A DNA stretch of 62,967 bases from an uncultured Candidatus Saccharibacteria bacterium. GTDB lineage: Bacteria; Patescibacteriota; Saccharimonadia; Saccharimonadales; EFPC-124. The DNA lies in the NCBI GenBank assembly GCA_964447105.1, contig CAYURH010000003.1, positions 1-62,967 on the forward strand. Direction: 5' to 3'. Below are positions 35,762 through 44,406 of the stretch, in pieces; the first letter of the stretch is position 1; every line of letters starts with the position of its first letter. The notes beneath the pieces are model-generated. The model saw only the letters and a program-made list of their open reading frames with translations, was not told the origin of the DNA and searched no databases. The translations under genes and the position numbers were made by a program.

Positions 35762-37055
35762 CAATCACCGCTTTCCAGGCCTGGCCGCCCGGATTGACTG
35801 GTATTTCAAATTTAGTACCTGGCGGCAATTGCCTGAACTGCTTCATGTAGTCTTGGTAATGGAAGTCTTTGTAAGGTTGATGTACAAAATCGTTTGGCAC
35901 ACCGATAGCGAACGCCAGTGCCAACACACCAAAAGCCACGAACCGTAGCCACAACCAAAAACGTTTGCTCAGCAGAACCCAACCCAAGGATATAAACACC
36001 GCCAAGTGGAACAACAAATAGTATCTGCCGCCAAAACCAACCGTGGTAAAAAAGTACCACCAGGTCGATCCGGGGGGGGTGCCAAGGTTAGTTGTGAGCG
36101 CCGTCAAAAAAATAATTGATGAAAAATATATAAAGTAGCGCATGACATAATTAGATTTCACAAAAACCAGTGTCAACAGTTGCGCACCCAAAACCGCGAT
36201 AATTGGCGCAATCCATGGCTTACTAAAAAAGAATCCGAGCGACCACATACCAAACAGACCAGAGGCAAATGCTTGGCCACCAACAATCTGCAAAAAAGTG
36301 GTAACACTATAACCGATATCGGAGTGCTCGGACCGCCGAGTTAGCAGTATGACCGCGACCTGTACCACTGCGCCAAACAGCACTATGTAGTACACTCGCT
36401 TCATCTTCTTGGTCCGCCAGGCTTCGAGAGCAACCACTGGCACAAGCAAGATTGAAAACGGCCCAGACAAACTGGCAGCAAGCGCAAAAAACCCGTCAAT
36501 CAACCGTACTGACCAGTGCTGCGATTCTTTGATAAATATCAACACAAACAAGAGCAGCGCAAGGTACCACTGCGAGTTAGTTAGGTTGGCGTGGACCTCT
36601 TGCGAATAGGGCAACAGCACATAGATTACAGTTATAAAAATCTTAAGCCTGGTTGGAATAAAATCGACGCGTTTGCTCCATAAATAGACCGGCAACAGCG
36701 CCTGCACGAACAACGCGGCCAGATTAAAGAACAAAGGGCTCAGCTCAAGCGGCACCACAAACGATAACATGGCCACAAAACGCTGGAAAAAGGTTAAATA
36801 GCCAGCGTATGGATCAATAAGGGTGGCTGGACTAAAATTATTCAAAACTGCCCGTTGAAACCACTCGGCATCTTCAGCCCAAAACTGCGCATTGAGTATG
36901 GCGTCCGGCCTGCGAAAAAACAACACTACGAGTGTGCCGAAAAAGACGAGTATCTGCACCTTATGCGCGACAATCCAAGGCCAAATACGTTGGTGCCAAC
37001 TTGGCTGTAATGATTGCAAGGACGGCAAATTCTTATATATTTTGCTTTTAGGCAT
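35748..37055 (-). CDS. Polytopic membrane protein, possible GT-C-type glycosyltransferase or polymerase
   Basis: A 435-aa protein with about 11 helices. The first loop, after TM1, carries the acidic motif FWAEDAEWF. No soluble domain is present. Confidence 0.45.
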   Translation of the reverse strand: MPKSKIYKNLPSLQSLQPSWHQRIWPWIVAHKVQILVFFGTLVVLFFRRPDAILNAQFWAEDAEWFQRAVLNNFSPATLIDPYAGYLTFFQRFVAMLSFVVPLELSPLFFNLAALFVQALLPVYLWSKRVDFIPTRLKIFITVIYVLLPYSQEVHANLTNSQWYLALLLFVLIFIKESQHWSVRLIDGFFALAASLSGPFSILLVPVVALEAWRTKKMKRVYYIVLFGAVVQVAVILLTRRSEHSDIGYSVTTFLQIVGGQAFASGLFGMWSLGFFFSKPWIAPIIAVLGAQLLTLVFVKSNYVMRYFIYFSSIIFLTALTTNLGTPPGSTWWYFFTTVGFGGRYYLLFHLAVFISLGWVLLSKRFWLWLRFVAFGVLALAFAIGVPNDFVHQPYKDFHYQDYMKQFRQLPPGTKFEIPVNPGGQAWKAVIVTPK

Positions 37056-37076
37056 AGGATTTTCTATAATTAAATC

Positions 37077-37628
37077 ATGCTTGCGCTAAATAGAAAAACT
37101 AAAAAATCTAAAAAACGATTACTCCCGTATGCCGTTGCGGTCGTTGTTGTAGTCGTAGGCGGGCTTGCCTTTTTTTATCTTAACAGACTGCAGCCAGCCA
37201 TCAATCAGCCAACGTATAGAGATGTCAATTCCGTAGACTACGGTCCGCCATCTAGCGAAGACAGGAAAGAAACCGAGCAGAAAAAAGCTGACATTTTACA
37301 AAAAGGTTCAGATACACCAGCAGCCACACAGAGCCTGTCGATTGTTATCAACCGGGCAGATCAGGCCAGCAAAGGTCAGCCCCTCAACATTCGGACAACG
37401 GTAACCGGTACAGCATCCGGCACATGCGAGGCCAAGCTGAGCCAGCAAGGTCAGGCCACCATCACGGCCGCGTTCGACATTAAACCAGACGCTACTGCAA
37501 GTACCTGCAACGGCGACATCCCTATGAGCTTGTTTGGCACCGAAGGTGACTGGGATCTGCGAATGCAAGCCACGTCTGGCAACACCACGTCTAATACAAC
37601 TAATCTTACCGTAAAGGTGGGCAAGTAA
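37077..37628 (+). CDS. Membrane-anchored extracytoplasmic protein, unknown function
   Basis: It has a basic N-terminus, one TM helix (LLPYAVAVVVVVVGGLAFFYL) and a 130-aa Ser/Thr-rich beta-type domain. Its stop abuts the next start (TAAATG). Confidence 0.55.
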   Translation: MLALNRKTKKSKKRLLPYAVAVVVVVVGGLAFFYLNRLQPAINQPTYRDVNSVDYGPPSSEDRKETEQKKADILQKGSDTPAATQSLSIVINRADQASKGQPLNIRTTVTGTASGTCEAKLSQQGQATITAAFDIKPDATASTCNGDIPMSLFGTEGDWDLRMQATSGNTTSNTTNLTVKVGK

Positions 37629-39278
37629 ATGAAAAGGTTTTTTCTCGTACTCATTCTGGGCATCCTGCTCGTACCTAGCTATTCGGTGCGAGCATTGAAT
37701 GGCAGCGGTTTTAACCCGGGCAGGATTATTGACGATGGCATATTTTACAATGCTGGCTCCATGACACCCGAGCAAATACAGCTGTTCTTAAACAGCAAGG
37801 TCCCAGTGTGCGACACCAACGGTAGTAAAGCCTCGGAATTCGGCGGCGGCACACGGGCGCAATATGGCAGCGCCCACGGCCAACCCCCACCTTACACCTG
37901 TGTGAAAGATTATTACGAAAACACTTCTACCAACGAAAACAACCTGCAGGGCAGACCAGTGCCAGCCGGTGCCAAAAGCGCTGCGCAAATCATATTTGAG
38001 TCCGCGCAAAGATACTCGGTGAACCCGCAGGTACTCATCACTATCATTCAGCGTGAGCAAAACCTCATCACCGACGATTGGCCTTTCCCCTCCCCCCAAT
38101 ACGCCAGCGCGGCAGGTTATATGTGTCCTGATACCGGCCCCAATCACAGTGTTCAGTGCCAAGGATATTACGGATTTTATAATCAAGTAGAGTCGGCGGC
38201 TTGGCAAATCCGCCACTACGCTAACGTTCCAAATAACTTTAACTATCTGCCCGGCCGTAATAACAACATTGCATGGAGCCCGCAGCCTTCTTGTGGCACA
38301 AGCAGTGTTTATATCGAAAATCAAGCAACAGCATCTTTATATGATTACGCACCTTATCGCCCTAACCAGGCGGCGCTAAACAACCTATACGGTACCGGCG
38401 ATGCCTGTTCTAGCTATGCTAACCGCAACTTCTGGCGTGTATTCAATGACTGGTTTGGCCCAACTACTTCAGATAGCGACGCCGATGTGTTGAGCTTTGT
38501 GAAGCTTAATCACTCCTCGGGTAATGTAGAGGATGTCGGCTATACCTCGATTAGCTCCTACAGCGTAGGTGGGAGGGGCGGCCTAACCACCTACCCTTCC
38601 GTGCCGGCCGATGGCGCAGTGCGTCCGATACTGTGGCCCAATGGTGACTTGGTATTTATACGTTTGAATCACAGTTCTGGGCACGTAGAAGTAGTGAGTT
38701 ATAGCAAGAACAGCAACTTCAGGCAGATGGCGAACTACCAGCTTGCCAATTACCCGTCTGTGGCCACAGACGGATCGGTTATCCCACTATTTAAACCCAA
38801 TGGAGACTTGAGCTTTATACGTTTGAATCATAGTTCAGGGCATATTGAGATAGTAAGCTATAGTGCCGCAAGCGGATTCAAACAAATGAATGACTATAGG
38901 CTCGCCAATTATCCATCTGTTGCAGCCGACGGCGCCGTGAAACCGCTATACTGGCCCAATGGTGACTTGGTATTTATACGTTTGAATCACAGTTCTGGGC
39001 ACGTAGAACTGGTGAGCTACAGCGCTGCAAGCGGATTCCAACAAATGGTTAATTATCGGCTCACCAGCTACCCATCGGTAGCTGCAGATGGGGCGGTAGT
39101 ACCGCTATTCAAACCTAATGGCGATTTAAGCTTCATACGTCTCAATCATAGTTCAGGGCATGTGGAAATCGTTACCTACAGCGCTGCAAGCGGATTCCAA
39201 ACTATGGTCGATTACAAGCTTAGCAACTATCCCTCGGCGCCAATCGACGGCTCAGTTGTACCACTCTACTCGCGCTAA
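37629..39278 (+). CDS. Secreted protein: conserved N-terminal domain (possible wall-hydrolase-like) plus five 53-aa repeats (FG-GAP-like)
   Basis: It has a signal peptide. The N-domain carries FLNSKVPVCDTNGSKASEFGGGTRAQYG and AAQIIFESAQRYSVNPQVLITIIQREQNLITD. The C-terminus carries 5 x F(I/V)(R/K)LNHSSG.VE.V.YS....F.QM..Y.L..YPSV..DG.V.PL..PNGDL. Confidence 0.6.
   Translation: MKRFFLVLILGILLVPSYSVRALNGSGFNPGRIIDDGIFYNAGSMTPEQIQLFLNSKVPVCDTNGSKASEFGGGTRAQYGSAHGQPPPYTCVKDYYENTSTNENNLQGRPVPAGAKSAAQIIFESAQRYSVNPQVLITIIQREQNLITDDWPFPSPQYASAAGYMCPDTGPNHSVQCQGYYGFYNQVESAAWQIRHYANVPNNFNYLPGRNNNIAWSPQPSCGTSSVYIENQATASLYDYAPYRPNQAALNNLYGTGDACSSYANRNFWRVFNDWFGPTTSDSDADVLSFVKLNHSSGNVEDVGYTSISSYSVGGRGGLTTYPSVPADGAVRPILWPNGDLVFIRLNHSSGHVEVVSYSKNSNFRQMANYQLANYPSVATDGSVIPLFKPNGDLSFIRLNHSSGHIEIVSYSAASGFKQMNDYRLANYPSVAADGAVKPLYWPNGDLVFIRLNHSSGHVELVSYSAASGFQQMVNYRLTSYPSVAADGAVVPLFKPNGDLSFIRLNHSSGHVEIVTYSAASGFQTMVDYKLSNYPSAPIDGSVVPLYSR
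38496..39275 (+). repeat. Five tandem 159-nt coding repeats
   Basis: The period is 159 nt. Positions 38634-38690 and 38952-39008 are identical over 57 nt (tggcccaatggtgacttggtatttatacgtttgaatcacagttctgggcacgtagaa). Confidence 0.85.
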
Positions 39279-39362
39279 ATTGAGCGACGAATGTGATAGC
39301 ATAATAAAAGAGTCGCTGCTTTACAGAACTCTTTTTACAGAACTAAATACCTAAAAGGTCCT

Positions 39363-40088
39363 ATGGCGCAAACTAAAAAGCTGTCAATCATCATACCCTG
39401 CTACAACGAGAAGGCGACCATCAAAAGAATTATCGCCGAGGTCATGGCAGTCGACTTGGGCACGACCAAAAAGGAAGTGGTGATTGTTGACGACGGGTCA
39501 AAAGACGGCACGCGTCAGATTCTCAAGCATCTTTCCAAAGAACACCCCGAGATCTTGCTACACTTCAATAAAGTAAACCAGGGCAAGGGCGCGTCGCTTC
39601 GGCGAGGCATACTCAAATCGACCGGTGATGTAGTAATTGTGCAAGACGCGGACCTCGAGTATGACCCGCAGGAATACACACGCCTACTCTACCCAATTGA
39701 GCGCGGGCACGCCGATGTTGTGTATGGATCGCGCTTTGTGGGTGGCCAACCGCACCGCATTATTTACTACCGTAATCAACTTGCCAACAAATTTTTGACT
39801 GGCTTGTCCAACCTGTTTACTGGCCTCAACCTCACGGACATGGAAACATGCTACAAAATGCTACGCGGAGAGCTAGCGCGCGAACTTGCCAAAGACCTAA
39901 AGGCTAAACGTTTTGGCTTCGAGCCAGAAATCACCGCCCGGGTTGCGAAAAGCAAAGCTCGTGTCTACGAAGTTGGCATATCCTACTATGGCCGCAGTCG
40001 CGAGGAAGGCAAAAAAATCAGCACCAAAGACGGTTTGAAAGCCATCTGGGAAATAATCTATTTTAACTTGACCGTGCCCAGGAAATAG
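39363..40088 (+). CDS. GT2 polyprenyl-phosphate glycosyltransferase (DPM1-like)
   Basis: LSIIIPCYNEKATI...VVIVDDGSKDGT...VIVQDADLEYDP...MLRGE. Confidence 0.78.
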   Translation: MAQTKKLSIIIPCYNEKATIKRIIAEVMAVDLGTTKKEVVIVDDGSKDGTRQILKHLSKEHPEILLHFNKVNQGKGASLRRGILKSTGDVVIVQDADLEYDPQEYTRLLYPIERGHADVVYGSRFVGGQPHRIIYYRNQLANKFLTGLSNLFTGLNLTDMETCYKMLRGELARELAKDLKAKRFGFEPEITARVAKSKARVYEVGISYYGRSREEGKKISTKDGLKAIWEIIYFNLTVPRK

Positions 40089-40838
40089 CTATTTTTTTCG
40101 CGCAACAACTAGCACGTTCTTGCCAATCGGTGGCTGCAGCGCGCCCTCGAGCAGGCGAATAGTGGGTACAAAGAACCTATCGTACGCGCTAACCAGCCCA
40201 GGCTCCATGGTGGTCGAGCCCATCATGGTATACTTAAGCCACCAAGGTAACACGCCGAACATGTCCATATAGCGACTGGTTATAATCTCGAAGCCAGCTT
40301 TGTGGAGTTTTTGTTCAAGCTCCGTTTTGGTGTAGCGACGATAATGACCGATTTTGCGATCGAAGTTACTCATAAGTCCACCTATGGCAGGCACAAAGAT
40401 AAATACATGACCGCCGGAGTCTAGCATATCAGCGACAATCTTTAGTTCGGCGTTGTCGTCAGGTACATGCTCGAGCACGTTTATATAAAATACGGAATCA
40501 GGTTTTTGTTTCTTGATCTTGCTAACAGCGTCGCTCAAAAAATCATTCATGGCATATACTGATTTGGCAGTTCGAATTTTCTGTGCGGTCTTTTGCAGCA
40601 AGGGGAACATCTCGGGCGACGGCTCCAACACGGTGAGTGAGTGGGGTTTTAGGCCAGCCAAAACTTTAGAAAACGTGCCGCTACCAGCACCTATTTCGAC
40701 AAAGTTCTTACCTAGGTACGGCGCAAAGTACGACAGCATCCATGCGTAGTAATTGCTGGCGCCGGACATAGTCTCTAAGTCTTTGCCCTCGTAGCTAAGT
40801 TGAGTAGATTTGCTCATTACTTTAAGATAACATACCAT
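40089..40838 (-). CDS. Class I SAM-dependent methyltransferase
   Basis: FVEIGAGSGTFSKVL (motif I) and ML.SGGHVFIFVPA. An alternative start lies at ATG 40817 (MSKSTQL). Confidence 0.72.
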   Translation of the reverse strand: MVCYLKVMSKSTQLSYEGKDLETMSGASNYYAWMLSYFAPYLGKNFVEIGAGSGTFSKVLAGLKPHSLTVLEPSPEMFPLLQKTAQKIRTAKSVYAMNDFLSDAVSKIKKQKPDSVFYINVLEHVPDDNAELKIVADMLDSGGHVFIFVPAIGGLMSNFDRKIGHYRRYTKTELEQKLHKAGFEIITSRYMDMFGVLPWWLKYTMMGSTTMEPGLVSAYDRFFVPTIRLLEGALQPPIGKNVLVVARKK

Positions 40839-40844
40839 TAAAGT

Positions 40845-42860
40845 ATGTTTAAATCTGCACGCGCTCTACGTGCTTTTGGCGGCGCCGTTCGGGTTAGCGC
40901 CAAAGCGCATCCGTTTCCTTATATCGTCGTCGTCCTATTTATTGCCTTGAGTGCACTGGGTATTAACGGGTCATCACTTGCTGCATTTGACAAAATCGTA
41001 TCCAACGCAACGCCCGGGATTGTCGCTGGCCAGCCCCGGCTTATTCGCTCTGATGAGTGGAACTGGCAAAGCCAACAAACACTCATTCAACAGCAAGCCG
41101 GCTACCCGGAGTTCAACACAAACATTGGGTTAGGGCAGGACATGTCCATGATTCTAGATGTACCTTACAAAAGTCCGTTTGTTGTGTTTAAACCGCAAAA
41201 CCTGTTCTTTTTTGTGTTGCCCTATGCCAACGCCTTTGCGGCTAAATGGTGGTTCATGGCTTTGGTGCTAATGCTTGGTTTTTATTTTTTGTTCAACAAG
41301 CTCTTCCCAAACCGACAACTGATCGTAAGTTTAGGCGCACTGCTTTTGCTATTTAACCCATTTGTACAGTGGTGGTACCAGTCCATGACATTGCTCGCTA
41401 TTGGTTTTGCGCTGTGGGCGAGTTTCTTCGCGGTGAGCATTTTTATAGACAAAGACAGTCGTGGTCGGCTGATTGGCTATGCAGTGGGTCTTGGATATTT
41501 TTTGCTAAGCTTTTTGTTCTTGCTCTACCCGGCGCTTCAGCTGCCAATTGCATACAACGTAGTAGCGCTGATGGCCGGATTTATATGGTACCGCTACAAA
41601 AAACAGCGGATCCTGCCTAAGCAAGACACTAGGCGCTGGCTTACCGTGGCCGCAGCCCTGGTAGGCGCGGCTGTGGTATGCGGGGTATTCTACCTTGCGC
41701 ATTCACAAGTCATCCATGACATAAAGAACACTGTGTACCCAGGTGTGCGTGATTTCAAAAGCGGCGAGAATGCCCAGCCAATGGGCACCGGTTTTAATAT
41801 CCTCGAAACATTCTCGGCCCCAATATTATTCAACCTGCAGGACGACCAGGCGCAATTCTATACCGTGCAAAGCGAAGCGGCGCGTATTGTCGCAATCAAC
41901 CTTTTGTTCCTTCCATTGCTGGTGTGGCGCATATTTAAAAAGGCTAAGAAAGACCGAGGGCTCGTTGACTATCTGCTGCTATCGACCAGCGCCCTGGGCG
42001 TCATACTGATGATCCGGCTATTCACGCCGTTGTTCAATCCAATATTTAAACTGCTGCTCTTCAATCAGGTAGAAAGCCAGCGTCTGGCGTTCGCTTTTGT
42101 GCTGCTATGCGCTATGCAGTTAGTGCTGCTGGGCGTATTCCTAAAAGACATGCGTCGCAACACAGTCAGTACCAAAGAGGCGTTTATCACCGCAGCGTGC
42201 GGCTTTGCTATTTTCCTAAACGCATCAATCGCGGTAATGCATATGCACCCCGGCTTTGTGTCGCCACTGAGCGTAACTATTGCCTGTCTGGCGATAGGGC
42301 TATGCGCATTCCTGATGCTGAGGCAGCGAGCGTTTACTTTTGGCTTAGTGATATTTGTACTGTTTAACATGGCATCTTCGATTTTTGTAAACCCGCTTTA
42401 TGCGCGCACCCAGCCGGTTGGCCTAGAAGAAGCCACCGCCCAAATCGCTCAGCGCTATCACGATGACAAAAAATGGCTCTCACTTGGTTCAATGTTCTTC
42501 CATAATGTGCCGGCACTGGCAGGTAAATCGTCATTCTCGGGCGACCAATACTACCCACAACTTGCCTTGTGGCGCACGATCGACCCCGAAGGCAAAGAGG
42601 TTAACACCTATAATAGGTATGCTCATGTCGTGTTTACCACCAATATACCAGCAGGCGAAAACAAAAACTTCTACAGCCCATACAATGATGTATTGGAAGT
42701 GCGCTTTAACTGTGATATCGCCAAAAAGCTCACGGGCCTCGGGTATGTACTCAGTTCTGAAAAACTCAACATCACAGATCAATTTACGTGCCTTCAACAA
42801 GACGACACGATTAACTTCCCCGGCATCAATCTAATCACTTACAAGTACATTGGCGGATAG
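40845..42860 (+). CDS. Large polytopic membrane protein, uncharacterised family, GT-C-like (paralog B)
   Basis: A 671-aa paralog of 29527-31500. Shared motifs include IRSDEWNWQSQ, DVPYKSPFVVFKPQNLFFFVLPYANAFAAKWWFMAL, NPFVQWWYQ, VYPGVRD and NTYNRYAHV. Confidence 0.6.
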   Translation: MFKSARALRAFGGAVRVSAKAHPFPYIVVVLFIALSALGINGSSLAAFDKIVSNATPGIVAGQPRLIRSDEWNWQSQQTLIQQQAGYPEFNTNIGLGQDMSMILDVPYKSPFVVFKPQNLFFFVLPYANAFAAKWWFMALVLMLGFYFLFNKLFPNRQLIVSLGALLLLFNPFVQWWYQSMTLLAIGFALWASFFAVSIFIDKDSRGRLIGYAVGLGYFLLSFLFLLYPALQLPIAYNVVALMAGFIWYRYKKQRILPKQDTRRWLTVAAALVGAAVVCGVFYLAHSQVIHDIKNTVYPGVRDFKSGENAQPMGTGFNILETFSAPILFNLQDDQAQFYTVQSEAARIVAINLLFLPLLVWRIFKKAKKDRGLVDYLLLSTSALGVILMIRLFTPLFNPIFKLLLFNQVESQRLAFAFVLLCAMQLVLLGVFLKDMRRNTVSTKEAFITAACGFAIFLNASIAVMHMHPGFVSPLSVTIACLAIGLCAFLMLRQRAFTFGLVIFVLFNMASSIFVNPLYARTQPVGLEEATAQIAQRYHDDKKWLSLGSMFFHNVPALAGKSSFSGDQYYPQLALWRTIDPEGKEVNTYNRYAHVVFTTNIPAGENKNFYSPYNDVLEVRFNCDIAKKLTGLGYVLSSEKLNITDQFTCLQQDDTINFPGINLITYKYIGG

Positions 42861-44405
42861 ATGATAACCCTGTTTCTCTACGTCATCGCCTTCTTGTCGC
42901 TGGGACTTTGGCTGGGCCTGAAGATCATCCAGCGCAATTTATTCCCGCGCGAGTTTCTATACATTGTCAGCGTGGGTGCAAGCCTCTTAGCTTTTTACTT
43001 TTTGTTCTATGTATACGCGGTTGAACCTTGGTTGGGTTTTATGGCGCTTATGGGACTGTTTGGCTTGTCGGCGATCACATTGGGGTCAATCATCCTATCG
43101 TGTCGCCGATCGCCCGAACAGACTCAGCTAATCTGCCGCTACTTTGCTATGCCGCTTGGGATTACCGGAGTCATATTCATCATCTTCAGCTCTCTGCTGT
43201 ATGGGTGCCGGCTGCCAATGCAACCAGGGAGCGACTCCCGTAGGGTAGTCAACGAAAGCTTTTGCGCCATCGAGCAATTGCCGCTCGACAACGGTCTACC
43301 TCTAATGTTCGCCACATTCAGTATGAATAACGAACCGCGCTCACAAGTTATAGACTGGACTATTGCTGATAGGCCGCCACTGCAAATTGGTTCCTCACTG
43401 CCAATTGTTGAACTACTTCGCAATGCCCCCCCGCTGCAAGTGGGTAATATCTACAATGTATTCTCTATATTCTTGCAGCTCAGCTGGGTTGGAGCAATAT
43501 GGGGCCTGCTGCAGTGGCTCAAAGTTCGCAGGGTGTTTCAGGTACTGCTACTCACTGGCTTTGCGACTACTGGATTCTTTTACCTCAACTCAATCTTTGT
43601 GTGGCCCAAGCTGTTGGGTGCGGCGCTCGTTATTGGGGCGATTGCGCCCTTTATGGGTAGTTCTTTGAATAAAAAACAACTCGCATACCTGCCGGTTGCG
43701 GCCGGCCTGGTATCGCTGGGTCTTATGGCCCACACCAGCCTGATGTTCACGGTGATACCATTCGCGCTGGTCCTACTCTACAAACTCATCAAGGCAAGAA
43801 GACTCATACAATATAAGCACTTGGTTGTGGCTGTTGGCGTGACACTGCTAATTCTACTGCCGTGGCAAGTTTTCAAGAATACTATCACGACATCCGACCG
43901 GCTTGTAAAGTATCATTTTGCCAATGTAACGTCGTACGACGACAAGCGCGACACACTACAGGCTATCGTGGACGAATACAAGAAACTGCCGTTCGAACAG
44001 TGGGTGCACAATAAAATCGCAAACGTGAAGTCGCTATTGATTGTAGATATCGATAAGCCAAACTGGAAAACGCTCACATTCTTTAGCACGTTCTTTGCGC
44101 TCGAAGCGTTTAGTCTGGGGCTATTGCCCCTCATATATAATATCGTACGGCGGCGGCTAGATGGCTTCGACAAAGAAACGCTACTGCTTATTGGCGGCAC
44201 CTTGTTAGTATGGATTTTGCTGATGTTCAACCCCGGATCCACAGTGGTACACCAGGGCTCCTATGCAACCATGGTGCTGTTATTTATTCTTCTGGGCAAG
44301 CAGTTCCTAAAGTTACCCCCAGTGTGGCTGAGTAGTCTAGTAGGCGCCCAGGTCATTGTCTTTTACCTAACCTGGGTCAGTAACATTGTCACACTATTCA
44401 AATAG
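42861..44405 (+). CDS. Polytopic membrane protein, GT-C (ArnT/PMT_2)-like candidate
   Basis: A 514-aa protein with more than 10 helices. An early loop motif, IADRPPLQIG, resembles the acidic-Pro-Pro-Leu loop of lipid-carrier-dependent glycosyltransferases. Its ATG immediately follows the upstream stop. Confidence 0.45.
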   Translation: MITLFLYVIAFLSLGLWLGLKIIQRNLFPREFLYIVSVGASLLAFYFLFYVYAVEPWLGFMALMGLFGLSAITLGSIILSCRRSPEQTQLICRYFAMPLGITGVIFIIFSSLLYGCRLPMQPGSDSRRVVNESFCAIEQLPLDNGLPLMFATFSMNNEPRSQVIDWTIADRPPLQIGSSLPIVELLRNAPPLQVGNIYNVFSIFLQLSWVGAIWGLLQWLKVRRVFQVLLLTGFATTGFFYLNSIFVWPKLLGAALVIGAIAPFMGSSLNKKQLAYLPVAAGLVSLGLMAHTSLMFTVIPFALVLLYKLIKARRLIQYKHLVVAVGVTLLILLPWQVFKNTITTSDRLVKYHFANVTSYDDKRDTLQAIVDEYKKLPFEQWVHNKIANVKSLLIVDIDKPNWKTLTFFSTFFALEAFSLGLLPLIYNIVRRRLDGFDKETLLLIGGTLLVWILLMFNPGSTVVHQGSYATMVLLFILLGKQFLKLPPVWLSSLVGAQVIVFYLTWVSNIVTLFK

Positions 44406-44406
44406 G

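Noticed and set aside
37788-38324. 178-aa minus-strand ORF. The 155-aa ORF at 37308-37775 is a similar case
   Set aside because: They are antisense to the secreted repeat protein and to the anchored protein 37077-37628. They have no RBS, and the sense genes carry signal peptides and conserved motifs.
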